Shown in pieces: positions 11,987 through 25,842 of a stretch of 64,000 nt of DNA. The stretch spans positions 36,828,001 through 36,892,000 of the forward strand of contig NC_087444.1 in NCBI RefSeq assembly GCF_036321535.1, given 5' to 3'. Both the position numbers and the translations under genes were made by a program. Origin of the DNA: Camelus dromedarius. Taxonomy: Eukaryota. Below the pieces are notes generated by a model. It saw only the letters and a program-made list of their open reading frames with translations. It was not told the origin of the DNA and ran no database searches. How positions within the stretch are numbered: the stretch's first letter is position 1; each line of letters begins with the position of its first letter.

Positions 11987-14900
11987 CTGGCCAGGGAAGG
12001 ACAGCAAGTGAACTCCCACTGTGGCTTAGTCCAGCCCCAGTGGTCACAATGGTCTGGATGGGATCCAGGCCTCTGACACCCAACCCCATTAGCAGTCAGC
12101 AGCCATCCCTTCTTTCCTAGGCCCATCTCGGGCAGGCTTTGTCCCTTTGGCTGAGCACCTTAATACCAACACTTTCACAATTGTCATCTCCTGACTCCTC
12201 GTAGCTACCCCACCAAACCTGGCTAACGATCCCCACTACAGCTGAGGAAGCTGAGACCTAGTAGTGCTAAGTTGCTCCCCAAAGTCACTCAGCCAGCACA
12301 GAGTAAGGTCAGGACTGTGTCATATATCAGCTTGAGACCCAGTCCCAGCCCTGATGTCCTTCTGCCTGCTTGATATCAGGCCTCAGCTCACATGCAGTAT
12401 TACTACACAGCCTCCCTTCTTTTCTCACTGCCCTTGCCCAGGCTGCTTCCTCTTACCTGGACACTGAAGCTGCCTCTTTTATAGTTCTGTCCCATCTTGC
12501 CCCCTGGAATCCATTCTCTACCTAAGCAGCCAGAGGGATCCTTCCAAAAATGACAATATCACTCTGCTAGTGAAAACCTCTCCAAGGCTCCCCACAGCCT
12601 TTAGGATGAAGCTGAAGTCTCTGCTCCAAACATCCAGGCCCTGTACAATCTGAGCCTGACCCTCCTTTCCAGCCTCAACACCCTCTACTATTGTTCCAGG
12701 CTCTAGGCAAGCTGGAGGCCCATCCCCACCTCACCCCTGACCACAACCCTTGGAATTCCAATCAGTGGCAACACTGGGGCAGTCTCTGAGCCCCACACCA
12801 TTTGCCCCTAGGACAGGGACATGATGGATGAAGACGAGAACAGACCTGTGTTAGAATCCTTTCCTACACCCATCAAATGTGACCTAAGGTCAGTTACCAC
12901 TCTGGGATGTATAACTTCCTGTCTTAGATATATAGAGAGATGAACCACCAGGCAAAGCCCAAGTAGGAGTCTGATAAGCCCCTGCTTCCTAGATTGTTCC
13001 CATTCTGATGCTGACTTCATGGTAGGCCAACTAAGGGAGGGGGAGGACCAGTGAGGGAGGAGGCTCTCTGGAGCCTGCCTCTGTGGTGATCCTGCTGAGC
13101 AGAAGCTGCAAAGTGATTCTGCACAACCAGTTTCCCCCATCTCAGCCCTGTCCCCCTCTGCTAAGGCAGAGAACAAAACTGGGTGGGGGCAGCGAGCTGC
13201 AAGCTTGGCTTTGTGTGACTGGGGACTCACCAGTCAGACCCAACTGAGGAGTCCTTCCTGGGCAAGTCTGGTCAGGGGCAGGGAAATGAGCACGTGTGTG
13301 TGTGTCCTTTGCCTAAGCTCCCTCCCAGAGCAGACAGGCTCTTCACAGGGAAACTGATGCCTCCCACAACCTTAGCTCTGCAGTTCCAATACAGTCAACC
13401 CACACCTTGCACACCCTCTTGCTCACCTGCAAACTCAGACACCTGTATACACCTCTAACCTACCTGCAGTGAGCCATGAACAACAATGGGTCCCTCTCAT
13501 GAGACCCCTGCCGCTCAGCAGTACACAGATGTGTGCACAAGTTACCCAGCCACTCAACCCAAACCCTGACCCCAGGGCTGAGCTCCAGGAGTAGCCTTGG
13601 CCAGTGGTTCTCAGGGGCATTCTCAGGGAGGGGTGGGGGTAGCTCTGGCAGGCTTAAGACAGTGTTCCTAGCAGGTGAGGCAGGGCCTGATTACCTACTT
13701 GTCTTGCAGTCAAGTGGTGAGAGAGGAAACCCGAGTTTTGGGGCATTGGGAAGCTTGGAGACCTACCCCTGAAGCTTAGATAAAGTGGGCTGGGCAGTTT
13801 TCTCCTCCTGTGGGGCTTTGCAACCACAGCTGGAGGAAGCCCAAGTCACAGAAGGCATCCCTCCTCTCACTTCACTCTCAGGCTCAAGGCTAGGAGATGT
13901 AACAGCAGCAACACAAAGGCCTGAGGTGAGATTTCAGGAAAGACTGCCCTGGATCACTAGTATCTACAGATGGCCTGGTTCCTGTTGAGGCAGCTCATTA
14001 ATTAGAAGGCAGGGAAGGAGATGCCCTGTCCCTGGGAGCAGAGCTCACAACCTAGTCCCTGCTTCATACCAGGAGGTCTGTCATCTTTCCTTTCTCAGAC
14101 TCCTAAAACTGGGGTCCCTTGAAGCTTCTCACTGCACCCTGAACTTAGGTCTCTCCCATCCAGCCTGAGCCCTGCTCTGTCTCTGCCATCTTTCCCAAAG
14201 CCCAAACCTTGATGCCACCCTCACCCTGCCTTAGCACATTCTGGCTACTTGCCTAGCATTCAAGGCCCCTTCCAAGGAAACAACCTCACATCCCACCACA
14301 TCCCAGAAGCCAGATTGGTTACTGACTGCCCCCTACCCAGGCCAACCTCATTCTTGCTTCAAGCCTTTGTCCCACATCTTTCATCTGATCTAAAACATCT
14401 TCCACACTCCGCCTGTCTCTGCTCATCCTCTGAGGCCCAGCTCAAGGATGACCTCCTCTGGGAAGTTCTCCCAGCTCCATCTGATCATGCAGGGCCTCAG
14501 TCTACTGGACTGAGATTTCTGAGCAGCCAGTCTGGTGCCCCCAGCCCAGGCCCAGTGAAAGGGCAGAGCCCAAAGCACCTGTCCAAAGGCATGGGGGTTA
14601 GAGGAGAGACTATACTGCCCCTTCCCAATACAGTGGAGCCAGTGCCCCCTAATCTTTCTCCCTTTCCCCACTTCTGGCTGGGCCTCAGCTCCCCCTTCCC
14701 TCCTTCTGCTGACAGATTTATTCCTTGCTCCAGACAAAGGGAGCTCAGTCAGGCAGGCAGAGGTACCTGAGCTCAACTCTCTAAGACCTCGGCACAGAGG
14801 ACCAAGAGGGATGGTCCTAGGTGCAGACTCTGGACAGCTACTTCAGCAGTTCAACGGTTGGTGGTGGGATCTGAGAGGCAGCTTAATGTCCAGCTGTCCC

Positions 14901-15329
14901 TCATGATGATTTCAAGCTTTTCTGGACTCCAAGGAGCCCAGCCAATTAGGGGGAGGGAGTCCCAACTCTCCATCGAAGCCTCTTCCTCCCATCCCAGGGA
15001 AGAGGAGAAGGGACCTCCCACGTGGGGATGTTAGGAAGACTTCAAGGAGTGATCATCCTTTAAAGTCCCTCAGAGCAGTATTCCCTGTCCAAAGACTGCT
15101 CTCTTGGAGAGGGGCATAGCATAAACCCCAGGAGGCTCCTACTTTCTCAGCCACCGGTTTCCCCTGCGCACCCGCCCACTCCCTACCTCATTTTCCTCTA
15201 ACACCCTTGAAGACTCAGGTAGTTAACCCGGACTTGGGGAGGTGCCCTGCGCTTCCCACTTGGCTCACTTCCTGCACCCAGGGGAGGGGGACTCTTCCAC
15301 TCCTGCGCTAGAGGTCCCGCCTTGCCTTG

Positions 15330-16330
15330 GTATCCCCACGGGGAGCCCTCTAGGTGTCCGGTCCCGCCCTCGAACCTGGAGTCTCGCTGCTCCGCGCCCT
15401 GCGCACTCACCGGTGATGAGCACCGCGCGAGTCGCCACCGGCAGGCGCGGCGAGCGCGCCAGGCGGGACAACACGATCCAGCCGGTGGCGGCCAGCACGG
15501 CAAGTGCGGCCAGCGGGGGCAGCAGGCGCTGGCACAGCCAGTCGAGCGCGGCCAGCAACGCCAGCGCAGCCAGCAGCGGACGGCCCAGACGCAGGTCTGC
15601 GCGCAGCAGCTGCAGCAGGGCACGGGCGGCCACGAGCAGCCAGGCGCCGCCCGACGGCCAAGGCCAGCTCTCCATGGCGGCTGGGACGGGCTGGGCCGGG
15701 GTGGGGCAGGGGGCGGGCCAGAGAGCAGGGACTGGAACTCGGGGCCGAGACGAGGGGCACGGGGTCGCAGCAGAGGACCAGCCAGGGGCAGGAGGGATAC
15801 TCGCTTTCTCTGTTCACCCTCGGGCCGAGCTTATAAGGAGCCCGGGGGCGGGGAGAGGGCGGAGCGGAGGCGGGGAAAGGGCGAGGCTTTCCTTTACTTC
15901 TCACCCTGCACCTCTGCCCGACAGGTGCCCCCCACCTCTACTCCCCCGCCCTCTGCCCCGCTCACGCGGCCAGATCCGCTTTCGAAGAAGCCGGAACCAA
16001 GTCGCAAAGTTACTGCTGGAGGAGCAGCCGCCTACCGCCGGCCTCTAACCCTGGTGCCCTGCATCCGCTCACCCCTGCGCCCCGACACACGCGCCCTGAG
16101 CTGCTGAACCGCCTTTCCTAGGTGAGCACATCCAGCTCACACTTGCTTGGGACATCTGAGGACACGCACAGCCTCCATCCAAGCTCCCCATGCTGACAGC
16201 ACCGCCGTGGCCGCGGGGAACCAACCAGCCCTCACCCAGCAGCCGCCGCCAACGCCGGCACATGCACTATACTCCCACGCCTTGCACAGCTGCAGGTCCC
16301 TAGCACACACGTCCTGACACGTGCTTACAC
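15330..16330 (-). promoter_or_regulatory. HSD11B2: CpG island / promoter of HSD11B2
   Basis: High CpG density; GC boxes around 15844-15880; TTATAA at 15831-15836; E-box CACGTG at 16318-16323. Confidence 0.8.
15411..15675 (-). CDS. HSD11B2: HSD11B2 exon 1 (coding part, N-terminal membrane anchor)
   Basis: ATG at 15675; [24 protein letters not shown]...RAVLITG; ACCG|gtgag; five exons total 1215 nt = 404 aa + stop. Confidence 0.97.
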
Positions 16331-19300
16331 CTAAGCTGCCTGCAGCCACCAAATGAGGCTGTGGGGAGCAGGATGACCGCCTGGGTTCTCGGGCGTCTTT
16401 GACCTGCCTTTCCTCTTCCTTCCACTTTCCAGCTCTGGGGTTGCACCAACCCCACCCGCTCCTGCCACACAAGCGTATGTGTGTGGGTGTGTGTGCTGTG
16501 AAGGGAAAGGGGGGTCCGTGGAAGCATCTAGGCCTCCCATTAACTCCAGCCCACCCTTCAACCCCAGGGACTCCAAGAGGCAGGCCATTGGGGACACCTG
16601 TGGAGTCAGCGAGGGCAACCTCTAGGAGATCCTTAACCTGCTTCCAGGATTCCCCTGGGTATAAAATAAATGAATGTGAGTGCATTTCCCTGCCTGTGTG
16701 TATGAAGGTCTGTGTTTGTGTGTGGCCTGGTGGCCCCCCCACCCTGCCCACCCCCGTGTCTGGCACCCTGTGCTTGGCATCCATGCCAGGAGTTGGTGCC
16801 AGTACCTGGCTTCCAGGCTCTATGCTGAAGTCAGTAGGTGCAGCTCATGGCAGAGGAGGTCCCTACTTCATATGGACCCTTGCCTGGTGCCTCATGCATG
16901 CCTATACTAGGACTCCTCCCAGCCCTGTTGCCCTTTCTCTATCTTAGATGCTCAGGCTCTGTGCCAGGGCTTCAAGGCAATGCCTCCTCCAAAGCCTTCT
17001 GTGCCACCCAGGCATGGCCCCCTGGTGGGCCAGAGGAATCTCAGGGAGGGACTGGGAGTCAGACCCACTTAAGGGGAGAGGCTCTGGGTGGAGGAACCAA
17101 GTCCTTCCCAGAGCCACTTCTGTGCTTCCACCTATTCCTCCCCCTGTAAGTACAGATGACAGGCCAGCCCTGGTCCTGGGAGGCCGGACTTGCCTGGGGA
17201 GGGTGTGTGTGCCTGACCTTGGGTACATGACCTTGTGTGCCTATGTATGCCTGTATTTGTATACATTTGTATCCATGGGCTCCATAGATTGTCCATGTAC
17301 ATATGATGTGTCTCTCCCTGTGCCATGTAAATTTGTGTGTGTGTGTGTGGTGTGTTTTGGTGACTTTCTCCCTTGGTCTGCATCATTCTTTGGAAACTCA
17401 GGGAAACACTGATTTTCCAAAACCTGCTGATTGCTGTTGTCCCAAATCTGTGGCTCAGTCTCAGAAGTGGACACAGCACCCTTGACCTGGCTTCCTGATC
17501 TAAGCTGTAGAACCTGGATAGGTGGGTCCCCCCTAGCTCTAGTCATCCTACTGAGAGTCTGGCTGTGGTTTCTCCAGCTTCATCCATTAAGGGCTTCCTT
17601 TTGTAACTGTGGAGGGGATGCAGAAGGGGTGGTGAGGTGGGGATCCCAGACAGCCTTCAATGAGGTCAAGGCCACACAGGTATACCAGCAATTGTCAGAG
17701 CAGGAGTCCAAGTGTAGGGAGGTGGAAGTGGGAAAGTAGGGTGAAAACAGAGTCTGGGAAACAGGATCGTACACTGTCCTGGGAAGGAAACATGAAGGAT
17801 CCTGACTCACTGGGAAGCCCAAGATGGGGAGAGAGTCTTGCTGAGAGGGGGTGTAGGGAATGAGTAGGGGAATATAGGATGGTTAGGATGGGCATGGGGT
17901 GTTTCCAGTGGGACTGGATGATCTGCCACAGTTTTATTTAACACACCCTATGCCCTGAAATTCATCCAACTTTCTAGGCCAGGAGGCTAGGAGGCCAGGC
18001 CTCCTTCCCAGGATCTATGCTCTAGCCTCCTGTAGCCTCCTCAGCAGCTGACCCCTTGCTTCTCATCAGGTGGAGACATTCTGGAAGTAGAAAGGAGGTG
18101 GTTCAGGCAGTCATGGCTGGGAGGGGCTGGCCCAGCCCTGTCTGAGGCCTGGTGCCAGGTTGTGCCTGCCCAAGGGCAGAGAACCAGCCTCTGCCAGAAC
18201 CAGAAGTCTGGGCTGGCAGGGGCCTCCAGAGAAAAGAAGGGAGGGGGGCAGAGGGTAGGAGCCCCAGCAGATAAGACAGGGCCTGGCAGGGGTAGAGGAA
18301 TGAAGGGCAACCAGAAGGAGCAGAGCCCCTGAACCACCCCACCCCGAAGCCCAAAGCCCATAGTCTCCTTTAGTCCTTAGTCCTGCTCCCTCAACCCCCT
18401 TAGTCAGGAACCTGGGGAGTCAAACCTTTAGCATGCCCCAGGCTCTGGGAGGCCATGGGGTGAGTGGGGTCTGGCAGGCCAGCTCTGTTCTGCTCCATCT
18501 GAGTCCAGCAGCTCACTGGCACCATCTGCTGGCCTTTGGGGAGGGCACGGCTCTGAAGGGGATAAAGTGAAGGTGACAGCTGGATTTGAGGATGCTGGGA
18601 ACAGAAATAGGGGTATTGGGGAGAGAGTTGCCAAGTAGCACTCTCCAAAAGTTCATGCTCTGTTCCCTGACCACATTGGGGTTTCTTGAGCCAAACACTC
18701 TCTTATCACTTCTTCCTTTCTCTGTGGTCAGGCTCAGAGGCAGCAGAGGCCCAAGGAGGCCCTGCCCTGCACTCTGCTCACCCCTGGCACCCCGACCATC
18801 CCTCCCTCCTGGCACAATGGCAGAAGGGAACCTCTTCCTGCCAATGACCAGTACCTCCACCCCAAGTTCCAGACCCCATCCTTCCCCATCCTCAAAGACA
18901 ACAAGATTTTATTGAGTTCCTACTGCATGCCAGGCCCTGTGCTGGGCACCTTGGATATAATAACTAAACATTGGCTCCTTCCCAGCAGCATTCACACCAG
19001 CTCTGGCCTCTCCTTCTGGTAATCATAATAAAGAACTTCTCCTACCTCAATCCTATATCTCTTTCCTCAAGCATTGTTCTCATGTTCTCCCCCTGCCCCC
19101 ATTCTCAGCCACATTTCTCTAAAACTATCAGCAGTCACCATCTCTACTCTCTTCTCCACAACTCCAGCTCTGAGTTTGCTCCCACTCCCAACCACACCAA
19201 AGGTTACCAGTGAATGACATCCTAGTCCCTGAATACCATGGACACATCTTTGCTTTCAGTTAACATGGCTTCCTGGATGTCTCTGCACTTCTGGCTATTC

Positions 19301-20546
19301 CTCACTACCCTACGCCCTTTCTCCCTTTGGTGTCTGCAAAGCCACTGCTGCTGGATTTCTTCCTACCTCTCTGGCTCTTCCTCTCTGCCTCTTTCATGAG
19401 CTTCTGTTCCTTGTGGGTGAACCTCTGACTGTGGAGGCCTCATGCTCAGTCTCTCCCTCACCATGACCTCATTTTTCTCCTCACATGCTGGTGACTCCCA
19501 CACTATTTTCCAGCCAAGCCTTGCTCTTAACTCCAAGCCCATGTGTCCAGCTGCCCCTGGATGCCTCTCTGGGACACCCATAGGCCCCTTACACTTGGCA
19601 TGTCCAAAGATGGTTCTCATCATCTTCCCTAGTTCTGGCAGCCACCCCTTCCCCACCTCATCCTCAATCTTTATTCCACGCACTGGCCTCCAAGCCTCTT
19701 GCTCTGTCCCAAGCCCTGGGTTGTTTATAGAGGACTTACAATAGCCTTTTGTAGTAGGTACCATCATTACTATTTTACATTCAAGGAAACTGAGGCTTCC
19801 AGAGGCTAAGAAAATTGTTCAGGGTCTCAAACTCAGGTGTACCAGAGCCCAAAATCTGGGCTCTTGAGAACTGTGTTAATGTAGCGCTATGTTTGCCACA
19901 CGTGGCCTCTTAGACTTCATTCTGAGGGCAAAGAAGAGCTGGTAATGGTCTTGAACAAATAAGACCCCTGTCTGGTTTGGGGATGGGAGAAGAGGGGAGG
20001 CTGGGAGTCCTGTTGGAGCATCCACATGAGGGACAAAAGCAGAGGTCTGTTTTGTATAAACTGAGCCCAGAATGCTTGTGGACATGCGAGGGCTGAGCCC
20101 AGAGGCAGCTGAGTGCCTGTGGTCTCCAGCACATCACTCATGTGACACAAAAGCCTGGGAGACTGCTGACTCCTGGGCATGAACTGAGTACCCCCTCCCT
20201 CTCATCTAGGCTGTGCACCTGGTAGTCAGGCCCCTCAGTTACCAGGGATGGGGGTGGGGAGATGCAGGAAGCCAAGAGTATCACTGATGTTTTCAAACTG
20301 GCTGGCACCCTCCTCTGAACTTCTTTTCTTTTGCCTCCAAGATTGAAGGCAGATATTTGGGGATTAGGGCCCTCGAGTTTGGAAAACACTTAGCAAATTT
20401 GCTCTGAAGGTTTTTCTTGACCAGCCCCAGGGGAAAGGCAAGCCCCAGCTGAAAACACTTGCTGGGAGAGCTTGGCTGACTCCAGGTGAAACTGGTCTTC
20501 TTGAGTCCTGCAATTTGGTTTTGAGTTATTCATAATCATTTGTCAC

Positions 20547-20705
20547 ATTTACTGTGTGCTTGCTGAATGCCAGTCCTTGTGTTCTGCCTGCTTGTACTTA
20601 ATTTTATTTACTATCCTCATATCATCCCTATGAAGCAGGTGTTACCATTTTATACATAAGAAACAGACTCCGAGAGGTAAAGTGACATGCCCTAGGTAAC
20701 TCAGC
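20547..20705. mobile_element. MIR SINE
   Basis: cctcatatcatccctatgaagcaggtgttaccattttatacataagaaacagactccgagaggtaaagtgacatgccc. Confidence 0.7.
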
Positions 20706-22834
20706 CTTCCAGACACTCTGCTCCTGACTAAGGCAGCACTGTCCCCTGGCCTTCAGCCTAGGAGGTTGGCAATACCTAGGCAAAGGACTATCAATCTTTT
20801 AAAATTTGCTTCTGGATTAGAATTAAGGCAAGTTGTTAAAACCAATACCAAAACTTGCTTCCTTACAGCTTCCATCACCCCGATTCAGACCTTTTCTTCG
20901 CAGAACAACTGCCAAGAAAAGATACAAAATTTAGTTGCTGTTGGCTGACTGATTTAATTTATTTGCATATACATAATTCAGCCCCGCCCCTCGTGGCTAA
21001 TACACCCCCTGGGGAAGCTGTGGCTGCTTTCTGATTGCTGGTGGGGAGGCCTGTGTGTGTTGTTTTTTTAAATAAACTGAAACCAGATGGAGGAGGGGTG
21101 GGGGTTGTTCCCTGCCTTGCCTACAATTTTCTCCAGCGAATTCCTTGAAAAGCCAACCACCTATGAGTGGTGCCTATTCTCCTTGGAGGTCCCTCACCGC
21201 TGGTATGCAAATAGAGAGTGGAGCTGGGATTTCTAAAAATGAAAACAAAAAGAGGAGAAAGAAGCGTCTTGGCAAAAGGGCTTTCGGAAACAAGGAGTCA
21301 TCTCCCGGTAGAGCCCCGGTTTTAAGTCTCCACTTACAGTGTCCTCACTCTCCTTCCTTCTCCCTTGAATTGGAGATTGAGCTGGGCTTGAGTCAGAATC
21401 ACCTGGACCAACCACTTGGTGAAAATATGGATTCCAGACATCCTCCTACCCCGCAGCCCCCTTGCAGTGCTAACTGCTGGCGTGAGACCCCAGCTCTCAG
21501 GATGGGTTGATTTTTGAGTCAGTGGAGAGGGTTCTCCCCTGGAAGTGGCCCAGGTGCTCTTGCTTTCATCCTGGGAAGACCAGTTTCTCAAGGTGGTTAT
21601 AGAAATATTTTTAACCGCCAGCCAGGTCTAAGGCTTTGTAATGCCCCTCAAGCACCTCATCAAGAGATTCCTTGTTCAGAGAGATAAGCAAGTATACTAC
21701 CCACCGGTCACAGTGCCAGGAGGTTAACATATTTCTTTGGTGCGTGAATTAAGCACTGTCATGGTGAAGCATGACCTAGTCCCCAGGCAGGGGAGAACGC
21801 TTCTTTCCCAGTTCCGACCTTCATTCCTAGCTCAGAACTCTGTTCTTTTGGATTACAAGGCTTTTTAGATAATTGTGTCAGGTTACACAAGCTTTTGAGA
21901 TATGAACACTCAAAGGAAATTCCTCTGGGAGCAGGCATGAAAGGTTCCAGCGTATAATTTGCTTTAAAGTATTCAAGGAAAAATTCAGGTGCCTCAGCCC
22001 TGTACATTTCTGAAATAAAGTAAGAACAGCCAACAACTTTGCACGCATGTACTATTCCCCATAGAAACGAGCAAGCAAAAAGATTTCATGCTGAATAGAA
22101 ATACCCCTCCCCAGGGATCATGTGCAAGGCTAGGTGGAGGCCAGTTGCAAAGAGGGTGGCTTTGACCAGGCTGCCATGGAAATCCTTACCAGCGCAGGGT
22201 ACCTTTTTATCCCCTTTCTGCATCTTAGGTAACACATGTGGTAAATACAAGCCTTCGGTTTTCCAAGAAACATAAAATAAAAACTGTATTACTGGCAGAG
22301 AAGCTTTAAAATCTTTGGTTCCTAGGACACTGAGGGTACATTTTCCACACACCATGATTTTTATTTCATTTGCCTCTGAGGGATGGCCCTGAATCAGCTC
22401 TGTTGCATAAGGTACTGTTTCCAAGCACCTTGTCCCCAACTGGAGACACAAAATAAGTTTTATCTAGGTCTGAGAGAGTTCTGAAAGGGTGACATCGTGT
22501 TCCAAGCTGCGCTGATTAGTCAACAGTGAAAGCTGCCAGAGTCTTCTCACCAACAAAGCTGAGATAATATTCTAAATAAATTTCTTAAAGCACAAAGTAG
22601 TCATAAAAGATGATTAACAAGGAAAAATTAATGGGAGGAAAATGTCTTAAATGTAGCAAATAAAAACAATCTTTACAAGTGACATGGGAAAAATAGATTT
22701 ACTATTATGAAGGGATCATAATGTAGGAAAGTCAATTTTTACACCAAAAATAATTCAACAAGTATTATTTACTTTACAAAAGGCTTCACAAAAGAATTCC
22801 TATTAAGTAGTTTTATCCTTTCATTTGTTTGTCC

Positions 22835-23250
22835 CATTCTTTATTCATTCAACAAACATCTGTTGAATGATTACTGTGTTCCAGGCTCTGTGCTTAGGGA
22901 AGTGGTGGTGAGCTAAATAAATATTCCTCCCCTTGTGGTCTCTCCATCTGGCTGGAGAACAGCCCCTAATCAGATCACTATATAATTAGGAAGCCACTAC
23001 TGATAGAAGGAACTAGAAAGCAGAGTCTCACAGTGCTGTGGGAGTGATGACTTCTATTCTGAGGGTCAGAAAAAGCTTTCCCGGAGGAAGTGATGTTCCA
23101 GGTAGCAACAGCATCACGTGCAAAGGTCCCTAGTTTAAGAGGGAGCCTCGTCCTTTGAGGAAAAGGAGGCTATCAGGCTGTAGAGATTAGCTGGAGCCAG
23201 GGGGCAAAGGAGGTCTTGGAGGCTGCAGTGAGGAGAAGGTTTTGATTCTA
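22835..23250. mobile_element. L2 fragment
   Basis: ttattcattcaacaaacatctgttgaatgattactgtgttccaggctctgtgcttagg...gaaaagctttcccggaggaagtgat. Confidence 0.7.
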
Positions 23251-24725
23251 ATTTCATAGTATATCAAAATACCAGTCCCTGAGGAGCAGGGAGAGTCACT
23301 GAAGGTTGTAGCAGGAAGTAAAATAATGTTTGACTTTTTTTTTTTTTTTCATTTTAAAGAGAGTCTCAAGCTGTGGGGATAATAGGCTGATGGGAGTGGG
23401 GAGCCCACAGTAGAAGCAGAAAGACCAGTCAGGAGGCTGCTGCATTTGCCAGGACAAGAGATGCTGCTGGCCATGGGGACAAGCCAAGTGGATGGGCTGA
23501 CTCATCCAGGGCCCACTGGAAACGGTACTGTGACCCAGACTAAATGGACTCAGAGAGCAAGAGCTGTGGCTAACCAATCCCACCAGGCTAATTTGATAAT
23601 TAAAATTTAATTCTCTTATTTAATGAAATGGGGAGCATCACTTCCTGGTAGAAAGACAAGTAGACTCTAGATTATATGTATCAATGTCCGCTACCAGTGG
23701 AACACTCTGTGTGCTTCATATGCAGGACCATGTTTTCAGACCTCATCATGGCCCTATGCAGTAACTATTGTTACTCCCACTTCACAAAGGAGTAAATTGA
23801 AACTTAGAGAGGTTAAGGAATTTGCCCAACTGGTGACTGGCAGAGCTGGGACTGAAACAGGTAACCACTGACATGCCCTGGGACAAGTGACAAGTCCCAG
23901 GAAGGCTGGGCATACATTAGCTCTAATTAAGGATAGGTTGCTGCATCCAGCCCAGGGTAAGATAAGCCACCCAGGAGTCTCTTCTGGCAACTAAGAGTCA
24001 CGTAAGCTAGCCTGGAACCTTCTCACACTCATGTGCACAGGTTCTTTAAACCACAGTTGGGTTTTTTGTCCTCACAGCCTGGGCTGTTCACCCTGGGCAG
24101 ACCTGCATTGCTGGTCAGGGGCAGCTGCTCTGGGCAGGAACAAGTCCTGCCTGAGGGGCCGACTTCTATCGCAGAAAAACGTGCCTCATGTTTTCATAGA
24201 AACTGGCCAGAGGGGGCAAGAGGGGCTGAAACTATAATCCAAGTAAACAGGACCCTGTAGAAAAAGGCCTAGGGGTGGGAGGGAATGCTTTGGGTTCCAG
24301 GAGATGTACAATCCTATCAGAGGACAGGGACAAGGAGGCGGACAGGAGCTTGCTGAGCTGGGCTTTGAAAGCCATACTTTGGCATTTCAATTGATCCTAA
24401 AGGCAAAAAGAAGCCCTGGAAGTATCTTAAACAGAAGGCTGATGAGGTGGTATTAGCAATGTGTGGCCTGATTCCTCAGTAGGTGATGCCCTGGGTAGTG
24501 TCAGGTTCTGGATTGGGAACCACACCACAATGACAGACTCAGAACACCATCAAACTGCCTGTGCTGTTAAGAAGCAGATTTGGCCAGAGGGAGTCTTCTT
24601 TTCAGACAGTTTGGCCTGCAGTCACTCAGACAGACATCTAAGGAATCTAAGCACTCATTTTTGTTTCAAATGAAACAGCTTTAATTGGTTAAATGCGTGT
24701 GTGCTTAGTCCTATTTGAAGCCCAC

Positions 24726-25222
24726 TGTATTAGTTTCCTATTGCTGATACAACAAAGTGCTGCACATTCAGTGGCTTAAAATAATACAAATTTATTATGT
24801 TACAGTTCTGGCAGTCAGAAGTTTGAAATGGATCTCACTGGGCTAAAGTCAAAGTGTCAGCTGACTGGTTCCTTCTGGGGACTCTAGGGGTAAATCTGTT
24901 TCCTTGCTTTTTCCAGGTTCTACAGGACACCTTTTGGCTCATGGCTTCTTCCTCCATCTTCAAAGCCAGAATTATAATGTCTTCAAATCTCTCTGGCCTC
25001 TGCTTTCATCATCACATCTCCTCCCACTTTGCTCCTTATGACTCCCTCTTATAAAGGCCCTGTGATTACACTGAGCCCACCTAGATAATCCAGGATAATC
25101 TCCCACATCTCAAGGTCCTTATCATATCTGCAGGTTACACTTTGCCATGTTAAGGTAACATATTCATTGGTTCCAGAGACTGGGACACAGACATCTTTGG
25201 GAGGCCATTATTCAGACTATCA
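24726..25222 (-). mobile_element. MLT1 (ERVL-MaLR) solo LTR
   Basis: tgtattagtttcctattgctg...gtggcttaaa...ggataatctccc...acatctttgggaggccattattcag...ca, typical of MLT1. Confidence 0.85.
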
Positions 25223-25804
25223 CTCACTTTAACAAAGAGAAAGAATAAGCCTGGCATCTAGGAGGAGAACAGACTGGAGGGAGACAGGCTGATGTTAGGG
25301 AGAAAAGAGGCTTCTGCAGGGTCAGCAAGGAAGATGCTGGTGATCTGGGCTGGAGTGAAGCGGGAAGAACACGTTTCAGAGTAAGGATTGCATGATCTTG
25401 GGGACTGTCTGGGTTAAATGGGCAAGGACTAGGCAGAGACTGGGTAGGTAATGGTGCCCTTCAGAGGGCCTGAGGGGAGGAGCAGTTTTGTGGAAAGGAC
25501 ATATAGGGATATATAAATTCCCATGGGACATCTAAGAGAAGTAGCTGGGAGGAGAGTGGACGCAAGGTCTAGATGGCTGTGACTCTCAGATCCCTTCCCT
25601 CCCTGTCAGCATACACGGGCTTAACCTCCACCTTGATTTCTAGGTAACCATCTCTTTTTGACCCTGAGTTCTGTAATTCAGATAAGAGTTGAGCAATCAT
25701 CTTGTATTTCTGAGTAGTATTGATATTTATTCTATATTGAGTTTGAGTTTATCAGTCCTGGAAACAAGAATTTGTATGGTAGAGAGATTAAGTCACTTGC
25801 ATAG

Positions 25805-25842
25805 ATGAGATTGGGCGTGTTCAGGGTGGTATGGCCGTAGAC
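25805..25842 (-). pseudogene. 3'-truncated 5S rRNA retropseudogene (nt 1-38)
   Basis: Reverse complement GTCTACGGCCATACCACCCTGAACACGCCCAATCTCAT matches the 5S 5' end with 3 CpG-type G>A changes; flanked by a perfect 17-bp direct repeat ttaagtcacttgcatag (25788-25804 and 25843-25859). Confidence 0.92.

Noticed and set aside
10479-12120. Plus-strand ORFs of 114-175 aa overlapping HSD11B2 exons
   Set aside because: Antisense shadows of GC-rich coding exons; no independent splice or start evidence.
13294-13305. (GT)6 in HSD11B2 intron 1 as the orthologue of the human intron-1 CA-repeat marker
   Set aside because: Too short, and orthology cannot be shown without an alignment.
15242-16107. Long ORFs of 261-268 aa antisense to HSD11B2 exon 1
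   Set aside because: Low-complexity Arg/Ala/Gly/Pro products expected from a stop-poor CpG island; no recognisable domain.
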